Shown here: positions 58,045-64,000 of the stretch, one piece after another | How the letters are laid out: every line of letters begins with the position of its first letter | Numbering within the stretch: the stretch's first letter is position 1 | Assembly (NCBI GenBank): GCA_964626685.1 | Contig: CAZVJY010000001.1 | Location: 7,683 to 71,682 of the forward strand | Source of the DNA: an uncultured Flavobacteriaceae bacterium | Lineage (GTDB): Bacteria; Bacteroidota; Bacteroidia; NS11-12g; UBA955 | Direction: 5' to 3' | Length of the DNA stretch: 64,000 nt | Made by a program: the position numbers and the translations under genes | Notes under the pieces: generated by a model | What the model was told of the DNA's origin: nothing | The model's database searches: none | Seen by the model: the letters and a program-made list of their open reading frames with translations, nothing else

Positions 58045-58995
58045 TTACAATGTCATTCTGCGACACACTTCGGCAGCGAGTACCTCTGAAATTTTGCGGT
58101 AGCTTTCATGGGTCCATCCCCCAATATGTGGGGCCAGCACTACACGCGGATTCCGAATCAACGCATTAAACCATCTGTTTTCGGTCTCTGTAAACTTAGG
58201 CAGCTGCTCATTCTCCAGCACATCAGCTGCAAATCCGGCAATATGGTTATTTTCCATAGCTTCAACCACATCGGTAGTTTTGACAACCTCTCCCCGGCTG
58301 AGGTTCAGCAGATAAAAGGGCTTCCGGCATTCAACAATGAAAGACTGATTTACCATGAAGCGGGTTTCATCGGTCAATGGCACATGCAGGGTAATGATAT
58401 CTGCTACCTCTTGCAACTCGCTCAGTTCCACTTCTTTTACTCGTTTACTGCCAAAATTTTTCTTGTACTTATCATAGGCTATTATGTTTACACCAAAGCC
58501 TTGCAAGCACTGCGCCACAGCACTTCCTGTATTCCCATAACCGATAATACCAACGGTTTTCCCCTTCAACTCTGTTCCGCGGTTTTCTTCCCGTCGCCAT
58601 ATGCGTTGTCTTACCTCGGCATCTGCCCGGGCCAGGTTGTGCAGCAAGGAAAGAAGCATTCCCACGGTGTGTTCAGCAACGGCATCCGCATTGGCCGCAG
58701 CTGCATTAAACAATTCTACACCCAGCATGGATGCTGCCTTTTCATCCAAATTATCCATGCCTGATCCTCCGCGTGCCACCCATTTCAATAGCGGTGAAGC
58801 TTGCAGCAATTCTATGTCTACGGGTGTTTTACTCCGAATAACCAGACCGGTAAAAGCCTTCGTAAGCAATTCCAGAATGCGCGCTCTGTCGGCCTCCGGT
58901 TCGTAAACAAATTGAATCCCCTCAGATGTGAGAGTATCGGTCAGAAACGGATGAAAATCATCCACAATCAAAACGGCATGCTGTGCGGGTTTCAT
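58045..58995 (-). CDS. D-isomer-specific 2-hydroxyacid dehydrogenase (phosphoglycerate dehydrogenase-like)
   Basis: NAD-binding GKTVGIIGYGNTGSAVAQ and the catalytic region ITLHVPLTDETRFMVN...HIGGWT. Confidence 0.75.
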   Translation of the reverse strand: MKPAQHAVLIVDDFHPFLTDTLTSEGIQFVYEPEADRARILELLTKAFTGLVIRSKTPVDIELLQASPLLKWVARGGSGMDNLDEKAASMLGVELFNAAAANADAVAEHTVGMLLSLLHNLARADAEVRQRIWRREENRGTELKGKTVGIIGYGNTGSAVAQCLQGFGVNIIAYDKYKKNFGSKRVKEVELSELQEVADIITLHVPLTDETRFMVNQSFIVECRKPFYLLNLSRGEVVKTTDVVEAMENNHIAGFAADVLENEQLPKFTETENRWFNALIRNPRVVLAPHIGGWTHESYRKISEVLAAEVCRRMTL

Positions 58996-59006
58996 GCCTG
59001 ACAGAA

Positions 59007-60512
59007 TTAAGAGTAATAGCTTTTACGGTTTTTCAGCCAGGCGCTTTCCGAAGAAGCCGTGGCAGAAGCTTCTGAAGCTGCTTTTGATCCCTGAAAAAAG
59101 CCTACTGCGGCCATGGCTGCTGCGCTTTGCTCCTCAGCAGAAAGCACATCGCCTGTTTGATCTTCAGGGTTGTAATGTTTGGCAATGAAATGGGTATCAA
59201 ATTTGCCTGCCCTGAAGTCGGGATGATTGAGAACAAATTTTCCAAAATCGAGTGTGGTTTCAATACCTGTGATTCTGTATTCATCAATAGCGCGAATGAG
59301 CCTGGCAATGGCTGTTTCACGGTCTTCGCCCCAGGCAATGAGTTTTGAAATCATGTTGTCATAGAAAATAGGTATTTCCATGCCGGCTTCCATACAGTCA
59401 TCCACGCGCAATCCGGGGCCTTTGGGTATGGCGTAATCGGTGAGGGTACCTACACTGGGCAGGAAGTTGTTGCGCGGATCTTCAGCGCACACGCGCAATT
59501 CAACCGCATGTCCATTCATTTTCAGCTCATCCTGTGAAAAGGCCAATGGCAGCCCTGCAGCCACCCTTATCTGCTCTTTTACCAGATCCAGACCGGTTAT
59601 GCATTCCGTAACAGGATGTTCCACCTGCAGTCGCGTATTCATTTCCAGGAAATAAAAATTCCCGTCATCACCAAGCAAAAACTCCACTGTTCCGGCACCG
59701 GTATAGTTGCAGGCCCTGGCGACATTTACAGCCGCTTCACCCATGCGATCTCTCAATTCAGGCGTAAGAACCGCACTGGGGGCTTCTTCCACCAGTTTCT
59801 GATGGCGGCGCTGAATGCTGCACTCGCGCTCAAACAGGTGGCAAACATTCCCCAGCGTATCCGCCATAATCTGAAACTCTATGTGTCGGGGGCCACTTAC
59901 ATATTTTTCAATAAAAACACTGTCATCGCCAAAAGCACTTCTTGCCTCGCTGCGGGCGGTTTGAACTGCCTGTGCAAATTCATTTTCAGCATACACCACA
60001 CGCATCCCTTTTCCGCCGCCGCCGGCACTGGCTTTTACCAGCACCGGAAAACCTACCTGTTTTGCAATCTGCAAAGCCGCGCCGTCATCGGTAATGGCAT
60101 CATTGATTCCGGGAACCAGCGGAACTCCATACTTCTCAACGGCCTGTTTGCTGCGGATTTTATCTCCCATCATATCCATACTCTCAGGCGAAGGACCAAT
60201 CAGGGTAATGCCGTTTTCACGCAAGAGACGGGCAAATGTGGCATTCTCACTCAGAAAACCATAGCCGGGGTGCACTGCATCCACACCGGCTTTTTGTATA
60301 ACTTCCAGAATTCGGTCCTGCCGAAGGTAGCTGTCTGCTGAAGCTGCAGTTCCAATACAATAGGCTTCATCGGCGTACCGCACATGGAGGGCGTTTTTGT
60401 CGGCCTCGGAGTAGACCGCCACGGTTGGGATGCCAAGCTCCCTGCAGGTGCGCATGACACGAATGGCAATTTCACCGCGGTTGGCAATCAGTATTTTCTT
60501 GAAGTGAGGCAT
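59007..60512 (-). CDS. accC: Biotin carboxylase subunit of acetyl/propionyl-CoA carboxylase, with a ~50-aa C-terminal Ala/Ser-rich extension
   Basis: MPHFKKILIANRGEIAIRVMRTCRELGIPTVAVYSEAD, the ATP-grasp motif GGGGKGMRVV and EMNTRLQVEHPVTE. Confidence 0.85.
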   Translation of the reverse strand: MPHFKKILIANRGEIAIRVMRTCRELGIPTVAVYSEADKNALHVRYADEAYCIGTAASADSYLRQDRILEVIQKAGVDAVHPGYGFLSENATFARLLRENGITLIGPSPESMDMMGDKIRSKQAVEKYGVPLVPGINDAITDDGAALQIAKQVGFPVLVKASAGGGGKGMRVVYAENEFAQAVQTARSEARSAFGDDSVFIEKYVSGPRHIEFQIMADTLGNVCHLFERECSIQRRHQKLVEEAPSAVLTPELRDRMGEAAVNVARACNYTGAGTVEFLLGDDGNFYFLEMNTRLQVEHPVTECITGLDLVKEQIRVAAGLPLAFSQDELKMNGHAVELRVCAEDPRNNFLPSVGTLTDYAIPKGPGLRVDDCMEAGMEIPIFYDNMISKLIAWGEDRETAIARLIRAIDEYRITGIETTLDFGKFVLNHPDFRAGKFDTHFIAKHYNPEDQTGDVLSAEEQSAAAMAAVGFFQGSKAASEASATASSESAWLKNRKSYYS

Positions 60513-60590
60513 TGTATAAGGTATTGGCGCAGGTTCGTTATTATAATGAATGATTGAATTACCTTCGCGAAGGTAAAACAGAATTTCTGC

Positions 60591-61253
60591 ATGCAAAACG
60601 GTATTCGAAGGTTTTGGATTTTGGTAAACAATGAGATTGCTGCCGATTTGCGCAAGCCCTTTTTTCTCTCTGCGACAGTGCTTCAGCTGCTCACCATAGG
60701 CATGCTTTGTTACCTGGGGAATAACAACATACAGATAAAAACCTGGAATAGCCTGTTTTGGATCTCGCTCATTTTCAGCACCTTTCAGTCTATTTCACGC
60801 GGATTTACAGGTGTTTCCCGCAACCGTTGGATTTACCTGAATCAGCTTGCTTCGCCGTTTATGACGGTAATATCCAAAATCACGTACCATGGCCTGCTCA
60901 TGGCTTTTTTCAGCATACTAAACCTGCTCATTTTCTCGCTGCTGCTGGGCTATCCGGTACTACATGGTGTGGTTTACATGGCTGCTCTGTTTCTTACCAG
61001 CCTGGGCATTTCTACCATTTTCACCATGATCTCTGCCATTGCAGGTAAAACGCATCAACCCGGAATTATAGCACCCGTGCTATCACTCCCTGTCATATTA
61101 CCCCTGATTCTGGTTGGAATGCAGGCAAGCCAAAAGGCATTGCAACCTTTGCTGGTCAGTTCCGTATACAAAGATTTAATGCTGCTGGCAGCCCTGAATT
61201 TTTTGGTTCTGGTGCTCGCCGGCATTCTGTTTACGCCACTCTGGCGCGACTGA
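60591..61253 (+). CDS. Polytopic membrane protein, possibly a CcmB-like ABC exporter permease
   Basis: 220 aa with about six TM helices. Its size and hydropathy resemble haem exporter protein B. The annotated start overlaps the accC start, so the true start may lie downstream. Confidence 0.35.
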   Translation: MQNGIRRFWILVNNEIAADLRKPFFLSATVLQLLTIGMLCYLGNNNIQIKTWNSLFWISLIFSTFQSISRGFTGVSRNRWIYLNQLASPFMTVISKITYHGLLMAFFSILNLLIFSLLLGYPVLHGVVYMAALFLTSLGISTIFTMISAIAGKTHQPGIIAPVLSLPVILPLILVGMQASQKALQPLLVSSVYKDLMLLAALNFLVLVLAGILFTPLWRD

Positions 61254-61258
61254 TTCGC

Positions 61259-63349
61259 TTATTTCAGCAGATCCTGCATCATCAGAATAGCCTGATCCAG
61301 CCAGGCATCCTTCGCATACATCTTCAACCATTCCTTGCGCTGGGCTTCGCGTACTGCATCCCCTTTCACTTCTTCCAAATCAGAGAGCAGCGCTTCAATC
61401 TTTCGTTCCATAGGTTTGTAGGCACTATCAGAGAAGCGCTTTTCCTCATCCTTGAGTGACTTTTGCTGGGCCGTATATTTCTTCAGGTTCAGGCTCCATG
61501 TATAGCTATCGCGCATCGCTGCCAGGCTCTTCGATCTTTTTTGAACGTTGTTGAAGTGTTCGGAACCGGCAATCCTGTTTTTCGCGGCCTGCACGGCAGC
61601 AGGGAACTGTGCCGTGTGGGCAGCGGTGAAAGGTGCGTAGGACGCAGGTTTGATTTTATCGAAAGCCAGGTGGTGCTTCATTTCCCGTTCACCCTGAGGA
61701 ATTTCATCGTATAAATCCGGGATAATAACATCCGGCGTTACCCCATTAAGCTGGGTGGTTCCACCATTAATGCGGTAGAACTTCTGAATGGTCACCTTCA
61801 ACTGACCAAATCCACGGGGAAAGTCTGCAGAGCTGCCACCGCCTATTGGAATAAAGGTTTGAACAGTACCTTTCCCAAACGTACTTTTCGATCCTACAAT
61901 CAGGGCTCGTTTGTAGTCCTGCATGGCTGCTGCCAAAATTTCGCTTGCAGAAGCGCTGTAGGTATTTGTGAGTATGAGCAAGGGACCGCTGTATACAATA
62001 TTGGGATCGGGATCACCGGGAGCGTCAACCCCACCGCGCGGCTCGCGCACCTGTACAATGGGACCCTCCTTGATAAACAAGCCGCCCATATCGATGGCAT
62101 CGGCCAAAGAGCCGCCGCCATTGTTGCGCAAATCGAGCATAATGCCCTCAGCACCTGCATCTTGCAGCTTAAGCAACTCCATGTACACATCCTGTGATGA
62201 GTGACGGCCGCGGCCCTTCTCACTAAAATCTGCATAAAAACTTGGCAACTGTATGATGCCCATTTTTTTACCGCCAAATTCAATGATGGCGCTGCGCGCA
62301 TAGCTTTCTTCTATAACCACCACTTCGCGGATGATTGGAATAACTTTGACGGATCCATCAGGTTTTTTCACGGTAAGGCGCACTTCTGTTCCTTTTTTGC
62401 CTCGGATGAGCTGAATGGCATCATCCAGTTTCATATCTACCACATCCACCGGTTCGGCTGCACCCTGCGCCACTTTGATAATCAAATCGCCGGCCTTCAG
62501 TTCGCCTTGCCTGTAACTGGCACTGCCGGGCACAATCCGTTCTACTTTGATGTAACCATCGCGCTCAGACAGTGTAGCACCGATACCTTCCAGTTTACCG
62601 GTCATGCTGATATCGAAATTGGCTTTGTCTTCGGGTGGATAGTAATTTGTATGGGGATCGTACAGTTCGGTTATGGTATTGACGTAAAAAGAAATTTTAT
62701 CGCGTTTATCCATTTTGCGCCAGCGCTTAAACCAGTCTGTACAGAACTTACGGGTTTCTTCACGGGCTTTGGTTTCCAGTGTATCAAAGGGTTTACGGGC
62801 ACCAGCAGTAGAATCCTTGGCATTGCGCATTGCCTCCTGCTTTCGGTAAAGCCGGTCAACGGTCTGATACTGCAGCCATAAGGTCCAGTCATCTTTCAGG
62901 GCCTTGATATTCGGCTGGTATTTTTCTGTCGTTTCACGAACTGTGTAAGTGGCATTTTGCTCATAGTTAAATGGCTTGTCCAGTGTGGCATTGAAATGGG
63001 CCTCCAGTACAGCAAGGCGGTTCATCAGAATATCCCATGCAGAGTCATAGAAATCATAGCGACCTGCCTTAATCTGATCATCCAGTGAATACTGGTACTT
63101 TTCCAGTTTCCTGATATCTTCCTGGGTAAAGAAATGCTTATCATCGTCCAGCTTTTCCAAAACATTGTCATACAGTTTTTTGGAAAATTCATCGTTGATT
63201 TTAACAGGAGCATAATGCTTCTCCGCGAGTATGCCGGTAACGCGCACCAGCAATGAATCGCCGGCAGTGAATTTTTTATTGCTGCAAAAAACCAGCAGGG
63301 TTAATGCGGTACCTACTGTAAAAAAGGAAATCCAGGATTTTATTCTCAT
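61259..63349 (-). CDS. S41-family carboxy-terminal processing protease (Tsp/Prc-like)
   Basis: PDZ region GDLIIKVAQGAAEPVDV, the catalytic Ser context TNTYSASASEILAAAMQD, and the Lys context GSKSTFGKGTVQ. Signal peptide present. Confidence 0.8.
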   Translation of the reverse strand: MRIKSWISFFTVGTALTLLVFCSNKKFTAGDSLLVRVTGILAEKHYAPVKINDEFSKKLYDNVLEKLDDDKHFFTQEDIRKLEKYQYSLDDQIKAGRYDFYDSAWDILMNRLAVLEAHFNATLDKPFNYEQNATYTVRETTEKYQPNIKALKDDWTLWLQYQTVDRLYRKQEAMRNAKDSTAGARKPFDTLETKAREETRKFCTDWFKRWRKMDKRDKISFYVNTITELYDPHTNYYPPEDKANFDISMTGKLEGIGATLSERDGYIKVERIVPGSASYRQGELKAGDLIIKVAQGAAEPVDVVDMKLDDAIQLIRGKKGTEVRLTVKKPDGSVKVIPIIREVVVIEESYARSAIIEFGGKKMGIIQLPSFYADFSEKGRGRHSSQDVYMELLKLQDAGAEGIMLDLRNNGGGSLADAIDMGGLFIKEGPIVQVREPRGGVDAPGDPDPNIVYSGPLLILTNTYSASASEILAAAMQDYKRALIVGSKSTFGKGTVQTFIPIGGGSSADFPRGFGQLKVTIQKFYRINGGTTQLNGVTPDVIIPDLYDEIPQGEREMKHHLAFDKIKPASYAPFTAAHTAQFPAAVQAAKNRIAGSEHFNNVQKRSKSLAAMRDSYTWSLNLKKYTAQQKSLKDEEKRFSDSAYKPMERKIEALLSDLEEVKGDAVREAQRKEWLKMYAKDAWLDQAILMMQDLLK

Positions 63350-63368
63350 TGATTTATCTATCTTGTTA

Positions 63369-64000
63369 TTAATTATCTAGACCCAACACATCTGTTCCCT
63401 GTTCAAAAATAAGGTCTACGGGAATGCCCGCTTTTTCAATGGCGGACAAATCTGTCTTGAGGGTATCTGAAATAACGGCCCGGGTATCCAGCATATTGGA
63501 TACACCCTGCATATTTCCATCGCCCTGAAGCGTGAGCAGTTCGGCAGCAAGGCTGCTGATGACCTTTTTCATTTCCGGCACTTTCACGGTGTATTTCCCA
63601 TCTTTCTGACGGCTGACAGCTCCTTTGGCAATCAAGGTATTGAAAATGATCATATTGGCTTTGCCATGGGCGCTTGCGGCACCAAAACGTACACTGCGAA
63701 AGGTTCCTGCCACAAATGTGATGTAAAAGTCCTCCACATTGCCATCCAGGTCGCCGTTTTCCAGCAACTTGGTTACCATGTAAAGTCCAAGCACATCGGC
63801 CTTGCACTCTTCAATGGGAGAAAAACCGGCACCCAGTACTTCCCTCACCGTTCCTTTTCCATTCACCGTATTTTTCACACCCAATCCGTGCGCCACTTCA
63901 TGAAACATAACATTGTTGAAGAAGGCATCAAAGTTCACCTTCGCTGCCTGTGCTTCACTTAACATGAGGTTCGCAATGGGTTTTACCATGTTATCAAATT
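63369..64000 (-). CDS. Zinc metallopeptidase, M49 (dipeptidyl-peptidase III)-like. Only the C-terminal part is in the window; the N-terminus lies beyond it.
   Basis: FHEVAHGLG is an HExxH-type zinc motif, and the downstream EECKAD is the second zinc-binding motif (EExR/KAE/D) characteristic of M49. Confidence 0.5.
   Translation of the reverse strand, partial: FDNMVKPIANLMLSEAQAAKVNFDAFFNNVMFHEVAHGLGVKNTVNGKGTVREVLGAGFSPIEECKADVLGLYMVTKLLENGDLDGNVEDFYITFVAGTFRSVRFGAASAHGKANMIIFNTLIAKGAVSRQKDGKYTVKVPEMKKVISSLAAELLTLQGDGNMQGVSNMLDTRAVISDTLKTDLSAIEKAGIPVDLIFEQGTDVLGLDN

Noticed and set aside
59007-60596. Full 529-aa ORF as the accC coding region
   Set aside because: The first 28 codons (MHAEILFYLREGNSIIHYNNEPAPIPYT) precede the conserved MPHFKKILIANRGE biotin-carboxylase N-terminus and overlap the neighbouring gene start. 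The start was moved to 60512.

Overview
This 64 kb segment looks like Bacteroidota chromosome, probably Chitinophagia or Sphingobacteriia. The evidence is T9SS type-A and type-B C-terminal sorting domains, a porU/porV-like gene pair, an ECF sigma factor, no Shine-Dalgarno sequences, and a proteorhodopsin with flavobacterial traits. The flanks are housekeeping: htrA, gdh, anmK, a class-V aminotransferase, an AAA ATPase, mnmE, holB, lgt, a HIT protein, greA, accC, an S41 protease and an M49-like peptidase. The window also holds a light-harvesting module: a DTE-motif proton-pumping proteorhodopsin followed on the same strand by a lycopene cyclase (CrtY) fused to a Brp/Blh retinal synthase. An AT-rich two-component system sits at 11.4-13.5 kb. 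A lower-GC accessory island of about 17.7 kb (roughly 19.2-36.9 kb) ends at tRNA-Phe, which is preceded by a truncated tRNA-Phe-like copy; no integrase or transposase is visible. The island carries (i) a NACHT-TPR STAND NTPase with an N-terminal zinc ribbon, (ii) a yidD-like ORF followed by an 1115-aa protein with an N-terminal HEPN-like Rx4H motif and a C-terminal discoidin (F5/8 type C) domain, (iii) a convergent two-gene operon with 4-bp overlap, and (iv) a seven-gene all-plus-strand membrane cassette. That cassette is built from two paralogous pairs, a transglutaminase-like protein (Cys/His/Glu motif) and a two-TM coiled-coil DUF4407-like protein, arranged in mirrored order A-B-C-D-C'-A'-E. 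This cassette is my best candidate for an undescribed system. Other features are a tRNA-Pro followed by tandem roughly 60-bp repeats that each end in a terminator-like hairpin, a small stand-alone vWA protein, and a large T9SS locus. All calls come from reading the sequence and ORF translations by eye and were not database-verified.
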